Assembly (NCBI RefSeq): GCF_000150275.1
Contig: NW_002060953.1
Location: forward strand, 1,555,646 to 1,619,645
Direction: 5' to 3'
DNA: 64,000 nucleotides
Source: Trichoplax adhaerens
Lineage: Eukaryota; Animalia; Placozoa
Shown: positions 35,792 to 48,834 of the stretch, one piece after another
How positions within the stretch are numbered: position 1 is the stretch's first letter
Layout: the number at the start of each line of letters is the position of its first letter
The notes under the pieces: generated by a model
What the model was told of the DNA's origin: nothing
Databases searched by the model: none
Seen by the model: the letters and a program-made list of their open reading frames with translations, nothing else
Program-made: the position numbers and the translations under genes

Positions 35792-38527
35792 TTAGTCTTC
35801 TGTTTCTGTGATCGAATTATTTTGAGGTTGTATGCGGCTTGTTATAAGTTTTTTCCTTAATGTCCATGGCGAAGTAAGCGATGAATTCTCTGCCAAAGTT
35901 ACCGCTACTATCGAAACTTTAGAATTTGGATCGACCTTTGCTAAGTTATATTCGGTAATGCTAGCTTTAGCATGCTCTGGAGTGTTCAACTCGGGCTGAA
36001 AGAAGATGATATAAAGCTTGGGAAGAAAGTAGCAAGCATTGGTCACTATTCCATAAAATAATGCTACTGAACACCCTATAAGTTTACTTAGTCGCCCTGT
36101 TGTGGACAGAAAGGCTGGAAATCCAATCATATCAATAGCGGCATACATTAACACAGCTGCGGCGATGTTTTTTGATTCATTATAATTACCTGGTAGAGAC
36201 CGAATACGAAAGGCCAAATAGCAGCTTAAAATCAATGTAGCGAGCCAAAATACAATAATACAAATCAAAGCAGGAGAAGAGCTATAATCGCACATTAAAT
36301 CCATAGTATTATCTGCTAACTCGATTTTAAGAATATTTACCGGTTGAATTTGAGTTATCAGAAGTATAATACTACTTGTAACGGTTAACACCGTAAATAT
36401 AAGGATAATTTGTGTGCGTGTTTTCGTAAATAGATTTTGAAAATTATTTTTGAAACCGCGATGAAAAATTAATGCCACTTGATTGACTCTGCAAATAATT
36501 GTTACTGAGGTTCCGATTTGAGTTATATTAATTAAAATTAGTCGTATTTGACATAAAGTAGAGTTATCAGGTGCCAAAAATACTCCCGCTGTTAGTATAC
36601 AAATTGCATACCAGAATAATAACAAATTCATCAAGGGATAATTAGATCCTTTGATAACGGGAGTATTTCTATAGACGTAGATGACAACCCATGTAAATAT
36701 CATTTTAATAACGCAAAGAGATGAAATGATGTAAAATAAAATTGCAAAAGCTCCTCTCCAATTGAAACGTAAAACTTTATAACTGATACATTGTGTTCCA
36801 TTTGAATTACTGTAAAAGAAATTTCGACACCTAGAGCAATTAAGCTGATTATAAGTTGTACTGATACTATACTTAGAGCACTTTCGGCAATTCCAACAAC
36901 ATGTCCACAGTTTCAGAGGTAAGCTGGAATCATGATTTACGCGATAACCTGGTTTACAATCCCTACTACAACGTGATGTTGGAGTTTTATTGCTATTCCA
37001 AACTATTTTTGTGGAATTAATCGTTAACCCATTTTCCTTACTCCAGTTACCGACTACAATCGGACTTAACGACTGCAAGTTATTAATGTATACATTTTGA
37101 TAATTAACAAAGTTAAATCCAGTTCCACTAGAACCGTCACTGTTAAAATGTATTAAGTCGCTACTAACTCCTTGAAATTGAATATTTCTTAAACAATGAT
37201 TTAACTGTTCTCGGTCACGATTAATTTCCATTGCATTAAGAGCGGGACAAGATGTATTAGTACAGCCTAATTTATGATGTAAAGAATACGCCAAGGCTAA
37301 AACTGCGTCCATGATAAAAGCTGTAAATGATTGCGGTACGTAAAAAGTTCTTTTGAGAATCCTTGCCATTTGAGGACCGTATTTACAGTTAGCTGTAGCC
37401 GATTTTGAAATTTCTTTCCGTGCATCAAATAACCACGGATTTCCATGACTATCGCATAAATTAAGTTTACGTAAGTAATCGTCAAAGTGGCGTATTATTT
37501 TTTTATTGACGTCGATACTAATAGCGCCACGGATAATATCGCTGCTAATATTTGCTATTTGTGCTTCGGTTAACCAATTATAAGTACCGATCCATGTTAT
37601 TCCAGTAAGCCTTTGCGATTGAGCTTGCTTAAGTAACGCATAGATGATCTTATTATTACCTGTTAAAATAACGACTTTAGATTTAATCGTTTTCTTCAGA
37701 TTTTGTATAGCGCTGATCATATCAGATTGGGTATAATTATTAGATATTACAATATTATTAGCGACACATATTTTCTTAAATGAGAATTGGCGTAATAATG
37801 TAGTGCTGAATTCTCTATCAATAGTAGAGCCTGTAACTATTACTGAAACCCAATTCCAGTTAAAGTTACTAATAATATCAGCAATAGCTTCAGCTTGCTG
37901 TTTATATGATATAGACGTGCGATAGAAATAAGGACACATAACACCAGAGCTTAATGCAGTAGTACGTGAATTATAGGTAATTTGGATGACGCGAAAGGAA
38001 CTTGTATAATAGGCCAAAGGAATAGTAAGACGGTCAGAATCTTCACCAATAACGCCGATAATTGGCGGTTCCGAACTAACTGTATTATTTAAGTTATACT
38101 GCAGAGTTCGGACAAAAGGATCAAGATTGGCATAATTTAAATTTCGGCTTGATAGCAGTTGAAAAATGTTAGACTTTCTGAAATGATATTCTAATGAAGC
38201 CATAGCAAGTTCTCGCGATTTACAGGAATCAATCAATGTCCAACCAACTTTAAGTCCAGGTAGTAATTTTGGATTTCTATTAACTAGTTCGTCGATCGCA
38301 TAGATCATAGCTTGCATTAGTTGTAAATTTTTTAGTTTATACTGGCTGCAAAGCTTGGTTGTCTCGTTAAATTGTAAAGAATTTGGGAAAATACCAATTA
38401 TTTGAACATTTCCAAATTTTTGGCTGTAAACTGGAGCTCTTTCATTTTTCAATGTCACGTTGCTGACTAGACTTAACAGGAAGGCGATATGTAAGAATGC
38501 TTTCTTCAATTTCGATGACATTAGCAT
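35792..38527 (-). CDS. Class C GPCR, single exon, 911 aa; paralog 5
   Basis: Signal peptide; LLPGLKVGWTLIDSC, CSRDCKPG..CCWNC, TPVIKGSN, LPGNYNESK, PKLYIIFFQPELN. Core nearly identical to paralog 6. Confidence 0.93.
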   Translation of the reverse strand: MLMSSKLKKAFLHIAFLLSLVSNVTLKNERAPVYSQKFGNVQIIGIFPNSLQFNETTKLCSQYKLKNLQLMQAMIYAIDELVNRNPKLLPGLKVGWTLIDSCKSRELAMASLEYHFRKSNIFQLLSSRNLNYANLDPFVRTLQYNLNNTVSSEPPIIGVIGEDSDRLTIPLAYYTSSFRVIQITYNSRTTALSSGVMCPYFYRTSISYKQQAEAIADIISNFNWNWVSVIVTGSTIDREFSTTLLRQFSFKKICVANNIVISNNYTQSDMISAIQNLKKTIKSKVVILTGNNKIIYALLKQAQSQRLTGITWIGTYNWLTEAQIANISSDIIRGAISIDVNKKIIRHFDDYLRKLNLCDSHGNPWLFDARKEISKSATANCKYGPQMARILKRTFYVPQSFTAFIMDAVLALAYSLHHKLGCTNTSCPALNAMEINRDREQLNHCLRNIQFQGVSSDLIHFNSDGSSGTGFNFVNYQNVYINNLQSLSPIVVGNWSKENGLTINSTKIVWNSNKTPTSRCSRDCKPGYRVNHDSSLPLKLWTCCWNCRKCSKYSISTTYNQLNCSRCRNFFYSNSNGTQCISYKVLRFNWRGAFAILFYIISSLCVIKMIFTWVVIYVYRNTPVIKGSNYPLMNLLLFWYAICILTAGVFLAPDNSTLCQIRLILINITQIGTSVTIICRVNQVALIFHRGFKNNFQNLFTKTRTQIILIFTVLTVTSSIILLITQIQPVNILKIELADNTMDLMCDYSSSPALICIIVFWLATLILSCYLAFRIRSLPGNYNESKNIAAAVLMYAAIDMIGFPAFLSTTGRLSKLIGCSVALFYGIVTNACYFLPKLYIIFFQPELNTPEHAKASITEYNLAKVDPNSKVSIVAVTLAENSSLTSPWTLRKKLITSRIQPQNNSITETED

Positions 38528-40506
38528 GGTGTAATGAAAACCTTGTAGAGCTTGAGGTACTATTTCTAATCGATGATAGTTACAGATTTGAGTTTTCTCT
38601 GTTTAATTTCATAATAACCTTAAGAAATAAATAAGCTAGTTCGAAAAACAATGAATTATTGTTGTCTTTCCTCGGCAATTAAAAGATTTTTAATGATCTA
38701 CAAAGAATAATTACTGTACCATGTTCAATATTAATATAATATCTGAACTTTTCGTTACCTTTGCTTTTGTATTAATATTTTATAACTTAAGATCTGATCT
38801 TGAAGGAAGTTTTACATCCAATAAAGAAATTCAGATATTTCAAATTTAAGATATCTTTAATGAAGCAGATGCTTTTAGCGTCATTTTCAATAAAGAATTC
38901 ATGGGCTTTTAAAAATTAAAATATCATTATCGATATTCCTTATTAATCTTTATTTGATCTTGCAAGATAAAATTCTCTCTTTCAAAATAATCGATACTTA
39001 TCTTGAATAATATCACGAAAACTCTAATCTAAGGTTTTCATTACAAAAATCGGTTATTTTAGAAGCTATCAAAAAATTACAGTTTAATATTGCAAATTTG
39101 TAATTGTTATGACGATTATAAATTGGATATCTATTGTGATAATGTTATTACATTTAATAGCGTTACTACTAATTAAATCCAATTCGTTACATTATTCCGA
39201 ATTTCCTAAAAACGAGTACCAACGATTTGTAACCTAGAACTTCGTCATTACTGTCTGATAAGATATTGATATTAGAAATAGATCTGCTATTATTAGATTT
39301 ATTTGTTTGAAGCTATCAATTTGTTGGCTTAAATATGAGTCTGACTCATTATCAGTTGGGGTAAAAGAAATCAAGATGTCCTGCTTCTACTCGATGTTCG
39401 TGGTGTACAAATATACATCCGTTATACCAAAGCGATATGCTGCAAGCAGGCTTGGCCCGAATGAAACTCTGATATAATACTCGATATTGATAATATGCAT
39501 ACAATATACAAAAACAACACATAATAAACGATTCTGCGGCCTGAATATAACTCTGATGCTCTACTAAATTTTGATACTATACTTATAATACAGTATACTA
39601 CTAGAACAGATTCTAGAAAATTATGCCATTTTCCGTATTAATGAAAATCATTAATGCAGTATGATACAATGATAGATTGGAAAAATAGTATTAGTATCTC
39701 TTATTTCAAAACTTGTTTTAGAGTGATATATTATTCCTTGAATAAATTAATCTGATTAGCTAATTAAAAAAGGAAGCATTTGATTAATATCTCGATTCCA
39801 AATTTTAGTAAATTGCGGTCTCGTTGTTAACAGCGTTAAATATACAACGTTGTCAGATTTACAGTTCGTTAGGTATTGGCATATCACAATTGTATGAAGT
39901 TACTTTTATCTTCTTGATGTTGTCCATTATTACATCAATTTTTTCTACATTTTTAGCGCTATACCCGTGTTATTTGGCAACTCGATAGAATTGCTAGATA
40001 TTGATATCTCAAATATTTCATATTTCATTTCAAAATCATTAATTGCTTGTAATTCTAAATTTATCTTTCTACGTTACTTTAAATATAACTAAAACAAAGG
40101 CAAAGACCGACAAATAATCTTAAATTAGAACCCAAACCAAAGCTTTTCCGTTAACTCTGTAGTTGATTGCAAAATAATATAACTTTGTGAGGTTGATAGA
40201 TCAAGAATCTTCAAAACTTTAGAAAATTCAGATTTATTGAACATAACTTCGTTTACGAAGATGCAACGTAATCGATTAGCTGAGGACCTCTAACGAGAAA
40301 GAAATATCTTACTATGCTAAACTACTCGCTTATATACTTTTCCGCATTTACAGTCTTAGCACCTTACTTACTACACACTTCAGTATTATCATCTCAAATA
40401 CAGAATAGTTTACACCTTTCATGCGAAGCTCTAGCGTGAGCACTGTAGCGCTGCTCTTCAAAAGGATTACAATTACTAAGCTAGCTATATGGATATGATA
40501 TACCGA

Positions 40507-41050
40507 TCACGAAATTCCCAATTTTAGAAAAACAAGGGCTTTATAGAATCTTATACAAAGATTAACTACACACAGCTCTATTCTAGCCGAATACTACTAC
40601 TAAAGACTTCTACATAGAACTAACAGAATAATCTAAAGTTGCATGCTTTTATACTTTTCGTAGCATTCGCAGCTATAATCCGCATGGCAACCTTTTACCG
40701 CATTTTACACTTAGTAAATTATTCTTAGTAACACAATTCTACTGCGGACCATCATTAATCCGTTATGGATACGACTACAGTAATTATGTAGACATTATTC
40801 ACACCAGCCAAAATACAATGAATTAACTATATTTTAATATATGATTTACAGTTCTATTTTTACCTATAACCTTATTAGTAACTCAACACCTTACTGTATA
40901 TAGTCATCTATACTCTAGCATAGAATCTATACCACTACCGTCTATAGTTATAGATACCAAATATCTCTTAGGATAAATATAGAAGTTACGCTACCGTAAA
41001 TTATACTAAACATGGCTAACAGTCTACAATACAATACTAAGTTACATTAC
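40507..41050. repeat. ~540-bp direct repeat, copy 1 (partner 48299-48834)
   Basis: ATCACGAAATTCC...GTTACATTACA shared at roughly 90% identity by eye; C/A-skewed, TAC-rich sequence. Confidence 0.88.
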
Positions 41051-43014
41051 AACTGAACACTTAAGCCTCTAACGAGAATATCTATCTCATGTTGAACACA
41101 ACACCTACGGTAGACATTACTAAATATATCATCAACTTAGAATACAATATTATACTGTCTTACAAAATTCTACCTTATTTTATGATGTATAGCGTATTGT
41201 AGCTGATAATATGCTTTTTAGTATGCTACTATAATGCTAAATAAGATATTGCCTACTGCAATTGTAATTTACGACAGATTTATACAATTTGAATAATGCC
41301 TAGTCAGTTTGGATAATGCCTTACTAATTAGAAAAACGCAAAAATGAAGTNNNNNNNNNNNNNNNNNNNNNNNNNNNNNNNNNNNNNNNNNNNNNNNNNN
41401 NNNNNNNNNNNNNNNNNNNNNNNNNNNNNNNNNNNNNNNNNNNNNNNNNNNNNNNNNNNNNNNNNNNNNNNNNNNNNNNNNNNNNNNNNNNNNNNNNNNN
41501 NNNNNNNNNNNNNNNNNNNNNNNNNNNNNNNNNNNNNNNNNNNNNNNNNNNNNNNNNNNNNNNNNNNNNNNNNNNNNNNNNNNNNNNNNNNNNNNNNNNN
41601 NNNNNNNNNNNNNNNNNNNNNNNNNNNNNNNNNNNNNNNNNNNNNNNNNNNNNNNNNNNNNNNNNNNNNNNNNNNNNNNNNNNNNNNNNNNNNNNNNNNN
41701 NNNNNNNNNNNNNNNNNNNNNNNNNNNNNNNNNNNNNNNNNNNNNNNNNNNNNNNNNNNNNNNNNNNNNNNNNNNNNNNNNNNNNNNNNNNNNNNNNNNN
41801 NNNNNNNNNNNNNNNNNNNNNNNNNNNNNNNNNNNNNNNNNNNNNNNNNNNNNNNNNNNNNNNNNNNNNNNNNNNNNNNNNNNNNNNNNNNNNNNNNNNN
41901 NNNNNNNNNNNNNNNNNNNNNNNNNNNNNNNNNNNNNNNNNNNNNNNNNNNNNNNNNNNNNNNNNNNNNNNNNNNNNNNNNNNNNNNNNNNNNNNNNNNN
42001 NNNNNNNNCGTTTGATAGCCTTTCGAGATTAGAATAAATCTAAAACTGTAGTAAAATCCTATTCTTTGAGAAAGATGCTTTCATAATATTTCAGTATCGT
42101 ATTGTAGAGTACACTTGTACAGTATAATCCATACTATAGCGTATAACTTCGTGTTAAAACATTAACTGTCAAGCTAACGCCAAATATTGGTCTTCACCAT
42201 GGCGTAAAATTTCTTGTTATATTTTATATTTCATTACTGTTACGAAGTAGAAATATCGTAATTGATTAACTACGTTAGACTCAAGGTTATAACGGTAAAG
42301 TCTGCATGTTTGATGACTAAAACGCATACACTTGCTTTGATTTTGGAACTGTAATCTTTGAGATTAGGACTTAGATAGCACTGTTAACACAATACGTCTT
42401 ATCTTGTGATAGTCGTCATAAACTTAGTTATCTCGTTAATTGATATGATAAGATGCCTATTACTATTCAAGGTTAGCCGTTGTAGAACTTTTTAACTATT
42501 TCCTACATATAATGGCACTAATATCTATAATAAATTTCAGTTTAACATTCAAGTTCTAGTGAACTCTTTTAATCTTATTACAAGAAAAATCGTGGTACAG
42601 AAAGTTCGTAACAATTTCTCGTATATTGTATAATTCTTAACAGTATTATGCTACATAATATTGTAAATTTCTTACCCAAATAAAGTAATAGGGTTCATGA
42701 TACTAATATGCAAGATAGTAAGTAAAATCTACTGTAATCAAGCCGAATAAGATGTTTTTTTAAAGCTGCAATACTTATTGCCATATAATCTTTGAAGAAG
42801 AATTTTAAAATTAAGCTTCAATATAAGGCAATATTGTTAATTTAATGAGAATTAAATGAGTAGGGTAAGTTTTGTCTTTACCAACTGAAAGAAATGAAAA
42901 TTTCCTAGCAAAGTACACATATAAAGATTGGTAAGCTAATTGGCAAAGGCGCCAAATTACGCATCAATGCTGTCGGTGAACCAATAGAAAAACATCGCAT
43001 GGAAAAAAGCTTCA

Positions 43015-45750
43015 TTAATATTCAGTTTCTGTGATCGAATTATTTTGAGGTTGTATACGGCTTGCTGTTACTTTTTTCCTTAATTCTAATGGCGAACTAG
43101 TCGATGAATTCTTATTAAAAGATACCAATATTGCCGAAACTTTAGAATTTGGATCGACCTTTGAAAAGTTATATTCGGCAATGCTAACCATAGCTTGCTC
43201 TCGAGTATTCGACTCGGGTTGAAAGAAGATGATATAAAGCTTGGGAAGAAAGTAGCAAGCATTGGTCACTATTCCATAAAATAATGCTACTGAACACCCT
43301 ATAAGTTTACGTAGTCGCCCTGTTGTGGACAGAAAGGCTGGAAATCCAATCATATCAATAGCGGCATACATTAACACAGCTGCGGCGATGTTTTTTGATT
43401 CATTATAATTACCTGGTAGAGACCGAATACGAAAGGCCAAATAGCAGCTTAAAATCAATGTAGCGAGCCAAAATACAATAATACAAATCAAAGCAGGAGA
43501 AGAGCTATAATCGCACATTAAATCCATAGTATTATCTGCTAACTCGATTTTAAGAATATTTACCGGTTGAATTTGAGTTATCAGAAGTATAATACTACTT
43601 GTAACGGTTAACACCGTAAATATAAGGATAATTTGTGTGCGTGTTTTCGTAAATAGATTTTGAAAATTATTTTTGAAACCGCGATGAAAAATTAATGCCA
43701 CTTGATTGACTCTGCAAATAATTGTTACTGAGGTTCCGATTTGAGTTATATTAATTAAAATTAGTCGTATTTGACATAAAGTAGAGTTATCAGGTGCCAA
43801 AAATACTCCCGCTGTTAGTATACAAATTGCATACCAGAATAATAACAAATTCATCAAGGGATAATTAGATCCTTTGATAACGGGAGTATTTCTATAGACG
43901 TAGATGACAACCCATGTAAATATCATTTTAATAACGCAAAGAGATGAAATGATGTAAAATAAAATTGCAAAAGCTCCTCTCCAATTGAAACGTAAAACTT
44001 TATAACTGATACATTGTGTTCCATTTGAATTACTGTAAAAGAAATTTCGACACCTAGAGCAATTAAGCTGATTATAAGTTGTACTGATACTATACCTAGA
44101 GCACTTTCGGCAATTCCAACAACATGTCCACAGTTTCAGAGGTAAGCTGGAATCATGATTTACGCGATAACCTGGTTTACAATCCCTACTACAACGTGAT
44201 GTTGGAGTTTTATTGCTATTCCAAACTATTTTTGTGGAATTAATCGTTAACCCATTTTCCTTACTCCAGTTACCGACTACAATCGGACTTAACGACTGCA
44301 AGTTATTAATGTATACATTTTGATAATTAACAAAGTTAAATCCAGTTCCACTAGAACCGTCACTGTTAAAATGTATTAAGTCGCTACTAACTCCTTGAAA
44401 TTGAATATTTCTTAAACAATGATTTAACTGTTCTCGGTCACGATTAATTTCCATTGCATTAAGAGCGGGACAAGATGTATTAGTACAGCCTAATTTATGA
44501 TGTAAAGAATACGCCAAGGCTAAAACTGCGTCCATGATAAAAGCTGTAAATGATTGCGGTACGTAAAAAGTTCTTTTGAGAATCCTTGCCATTTGAGGAC
44601 CGTATTTACAGTTAGCTGTAGCCGATTTTGAAATTTCTTTCCGTGCATCAAATAACCACGGATTTCCATGACTATCGCATAAATTAAGTTTACGTAAGTA
44701 ATCGTCAAAGTGGCGTATTATTTTTTTATTGACGTCGATACTAATAGCGCCACGGATAATATCGCTGCTAATATTTGCTATTTGTGCTTCGGTTAACCAA
44801 TTATAAGTACCGATCCATGTTATTCCAGTAAGCCTTTGCGATTGAGCTTGCTTAAGTAACGCATAGATGATCTTATTATTACCTGTTAAAATAACGACTT
44901 TAGATTTAATCGTTTTCTTCAGATTTTGTATAGCGCTAATCATATCAGATTGGGTATAATTATTAGATATTACAATATTATTAGCGACACATATTTTCTT
45001 AAATGAGAATTGGCGTAATAATGTAGTGCTGAATTCTCTATCAATAGTAGAGCCTGTAACTATTACTGAAACCCAATTCCAGTTAAAGTTACTAATAATA
45101 TCAGCAATAGCTTCAGCTTGCTGTTTATATGATATAGACGTGCGATAGAAATAAGGACACATAACACCAGAGCTTAATGCAGTAGTACGTGAATTATAGG
45201 TAATTTGGATGACGCGAAAGGAACTTGTATAATAGGCCAAAGGAATAGTAAGATGGTCAGAATCTTCACCAATAACGCCGATAATTGGCGGTTCCGAACT
45301 AACTGTATTATTTAAGTTATACTGCAGAGTTCGGACAAAAGGATCAAGATTGGCATAATTTAAATTTCGGCTTGATAGCAGTTGAAAAATGTTAGACTTT
45401 CTGAAATGATATTCTAATGAAGCCATAGCAAGTTCTCGCGATTTACAGGAATCAATCAATGTCCAACCAACTTTAAGTCCAGGTAGTAATTTTGGATTTC
45501 TATTAACTAGTTCGTCGATCGCATAGATCATAGCTTGCATTAGTTGTACATTTTTTAGTTCACACTGGCTGCAAAGCTTGGTTGTCTCGTTAAATTGTAA
45601 AGAATTTGGGAAAATACCAATTATTTGAACATTTCCAAATTTTTGGCTGTAAACTGGAGCTCTTTCATTTTTCAATGTCACGTTGCTGACTAGGCTTAAC
45701 AGAAAGACGCTGTGGAAAAATATATCTTTTAATTTCAATAATATAGCCAT
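43015..45750 (-). CDS. Class C GPCR, single exon, ~911 aa; paralog 6
   Basis: ORF-track start at 45783 is GTG; first ATG at 45750 (MAILLKLKDIFFHSVFLLSLV). Near-identical to paralog 5 except in the signal peptide and C-tail. Confidence 0.92.
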   Translation of the reverse strand: MAILLKLKDIFFHSVFLLSLVSNVTLKNERAPVYSQKFGNVQIIGIFPNSLQFNETTKLCSQCELKNVQLMQAMIYAIDELVNRNPKLLPGLKVGWTLIDSCKSRELAMASLEYHFRKSNIFQLLSSRNLNYANLDPFVRTLQYNLNNTVSSEPPIIGVIGEDSDHLTIPLAYYTSSFRVIQITYNSRTTALSSGVMCPYFYRTSISYKQQAEAIADIISNFNWNWVSVIVTGSTIDREFSTTLLRQFSFKKICVANNIVISNNYTQSDMISAIQNLKKTIKSKVVILTGNNKIIYALLKQAQSQRLTGITWIGTYNWLTEAQIANISSDIIRGAISIDVNKKIIRHFDDYLRKLNLCDSHGNPWLFDARKEISKSATANCKYGPQMARILKRTFYVPQSFTAFIMDAVLALAYSLHHKLGCTNTSCPALNAMEINRDREQLNHCLRNIQFQGVSSDLIHFNSDGSSGTGFNFVNYQNVYINNLQSLSPIVVGNWSKENGLTINSTKIVWNSNKTPTSRCSRDCKPGYRVNHDSSLPLKLWTCCWNCRKCSRYSISTTYNQLNCSRCRNFFYSNSNGTQCISYKVLRFNWRGAFAILFYIISSLCVIKMIFTWVVIYVYRNTPVIKGSNYPLMNLLLFWYAICILTAGVFLAPDNSTLCQIRLILINITQIGTSVTIICRVNQVALIFHRGFKNNFQNLFTKTRTQIILIFTVLTVTSSIILLITQIQPVNILKIELADNTMDLMCDYSSSPALICIIVFWLATLILSCYLAFRIRSLPGNYNESKNIAAAVLMYAAIDMIGFPAFLSTTGRLRKLIGCSVALFYGIVTNACYFLPKLYIIFFQPESNTREQAMVSIAEYNFSKVDPNSKVSAILVSFNKNSSTSSPLELRKKVTASRIQPQNNSITETEY

Positions 45751-48298
45751 GCTGTCAAGAAGATCTATAGACCTTAACGACACTAGTTCTAGTCGATCTT
45801 TGTTGCAGGTTTATATTTTTTCCGCTGTAATTTTGCCGCAACTTTTAAGTAAAATAGTAAGAAATACATAAAATTGTTCCAAAAACAATGAATTATTCTT
45901 GCATTTCATCTGCAATTTATAGCATTTCTAACAATTAATGTATAAAGAACAATCGTTGTATCTTATTCCTTTATGTATCAAATCTTCAGTACCATTTGCT
46001 ATTGTAGTATTACTTTAAGATCCGATCATAAGTTCTACTCCCAATAAAGAATTTTGATATTTCAAACTTAAGACACTTTTATCTTAAGGACTTACTTTAA
46101 ATATAGGTCACGATAAAAATTTCGTCGCCTGCTAAAACTACAACACCATTATTTAAATTCTATCTTTTACGTTCTTCGTTATGGTGAGATGAAATTTTTT
46201 GTTTCAAAGGTAATTAATACCCTTCTTCAATAATATGAAGAGAATTTCAATTTTGAGGCTGGTATATTCAAAGATTTATAAATTTTAGTTGTTGGGGAAG
46301 CAATTAGGATGTAAGCAACTCTTTTCATGTATACAATTAACAGGAAAATGATTATTTCAAGCCGGCTTATTTTATTCATATCGTTTAAATAATAAATATT
46401 TGATGTTGTTATTGTAATGCTCTATCAGTACGTTTTAAGTTAGCTTTGAAAATTTGTAATTGCTTACACTATAGTTGGACATCTACTAAAATAGTATTAT
46501 TGCATTCAATACTGTTACCACTAATCAAAGCCAAGCTGCTACAATATATTGAATATCCTAACAGCCAGTGCTAACAATTAGGAATCAATAATTTTAATCT
46601 TATCATTTAATAGAAAATTGACGTCAGAAATAGACCTACTATATTTATTGTCATTAATTCTATTTCTTTTTAAAGCTCTTAATTTACTAATTTAAATAAA
46701 ACTCTAATTAAAGTTGGGTAAAAATCATGATATCCTTAATTCTACATGATGTTATAACATAGCGATTTATAACTTATATTTATGTTACAACATAAGCAAT
46801 TTTGGCCTAAATATTACTCTGGCAATATGCTCAATGTGGATATCATACATAAAATATACATTTATAAATACAGTAACACAGTGTCAAGTTACAAACTACC
46901 GTGAAGAGTTAATGATTACGTTTAATGAATTAGCATTTATATATGGTGATAACTATTAATGGCCTACAGTAAAAACTACAGTCATTATTATATTGTTACA
47001 GTAAATTATGTTCTACTGTAGTAAGAGTTCTTATTTAGTAACTGATGCTAACTGATTATGGTGCTATGTCTTGTAACGTTTGTAATTAATATCCTGAAGA
47101 TGTTCACTTATAGATGATATCATAGATAATTCTGTAAATGGACATACTGTAGTTTAATTGTACAGGATCATTCGGTTCATACCTAGGATTATGAATATCT
47201 TTGTATTAATTCTGCTATTCAATATGAATTAGATTTAATAATCTATTGATGACTCATTCACGATAGCTGCAACCGAAGGGTATTTGAGATCGGCAGATAG
47301 CTGAATAAAATAGGAATTCTCTAGTCGCTTAACTTAGAAGCAAAGACGTCTAAATTCTTGTGAGGTAGTTAAAGGATACTTAATCCCAAAGACTTTAGCA
47401 ATTTAGAGATTTGTTTCATGTTAGTTATCCTTGTCACGAAGTTAGTTTGTGACAAATACATTGTGTGACTTTTTGACCTAAATATAACTCTGACGTTCTA
47501 CTAGTTATTGATAATATACGTATAGTATGCTGCAATAACATTTTCTAAGAAATTGTGATACTGTCCCTATTAATGTAGATTTCGAATGCAGCATGATGTA
47601 ATAATAGTTGCACAGACAAACTATTATTGATACCAGCTATTTCAAAATATTTCTAAGAGTGATACTATTTTTATGACAAATTAACCTGGTTGGCTAAATA
47701 AAAACGGAAGTAGGGAGATGATTAGTTGTTCAATTGCAAACTTTAGTTTCGTTATTGAAATATTATATGTCGTGTTTTCGTATTTGTATTTCGTTAGATA
47801 TTGACACATTACAATTATATAATGTTACTTTAAGTCTTCTTGATATAGTTGATTTTTGTATTAATTATTTTTTATTTTCTTAGTACTCTGCTTGCACTAT
47901 GATAACTTGATAGCATTTCTAGACATTAGTATCGCTTACACTCCACAATTCGTTACGAGATCTTAAAAATCATTCAGCATGATATATGGCTTTTTTTACC
48001 CGGCTTAGAATTTAAGAACCGGTTTAATTAAAGGGTATAAAAGTTAAACTCGAAAAGAAATCTTCTATTATAAAACCCAAGATAATAAAAAACATATTTC
48101 CTCATAAGTTTGCTTACATTCATAAGATAATGAGATCGTTATTAACTTGATTTTGCTTGTAATTTTTCTCTCGAATGAAATCTGAAAATGTGACGGTCAA
48201 ATAATGGTGCCTACAAGATTCTTGGTTTAATCGACTAGTTCATCATAGTTAAGTTAGCATAAGTGTATCAATTTAATATCATGTTGTGATATATATCA

Positions 48299-48834
48299 AT
48301 CACGAAATTCCAAGTTTTAGAAAAATAAGGGCTTTATTGAATCTTATACAAATATTTACTACACACAGCTCTACTCTAGCCGAATACTACTACTAAAGAC
48401 TTCTACATAGAACTAACAGAATAATCTAAAGTTGCATGCTTTTATACTTTTCGTAGCATTCGCAGCTACAATCCGCATGGCAACCTTTTACCGCATTTTA
48501 CACTTAGTTAAATTATTCTTAGTAAGACTATTCTACTGCGGACCATCTTTAATCCAATATGGATACCACTACAGTACTTACGTAGACATTATTCGCACCA
48601 GCCAAAGTACAATAAATTAACCATTTCCTAATATATGATTTACAGTTCTATTTTTACCTATAACCTTATTAGTAACTCAACACCTTACTGTATATAGTCA
48701 TCTGTACTCTAGCATAGAGTCTATGCCACTACAGTCTATAGTTATAGCTACCAAATATCTCTTAGGATAAATATCTACCGTACATTATACTAAACATGGC
48801 TAACAGTCTACAATCACAATACTAGTTACATTAC
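48299..48834. repeat. ~540-bp direct repeat, copy 2
   Basis: Matches 40507-41050. Confidence 0.88.
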
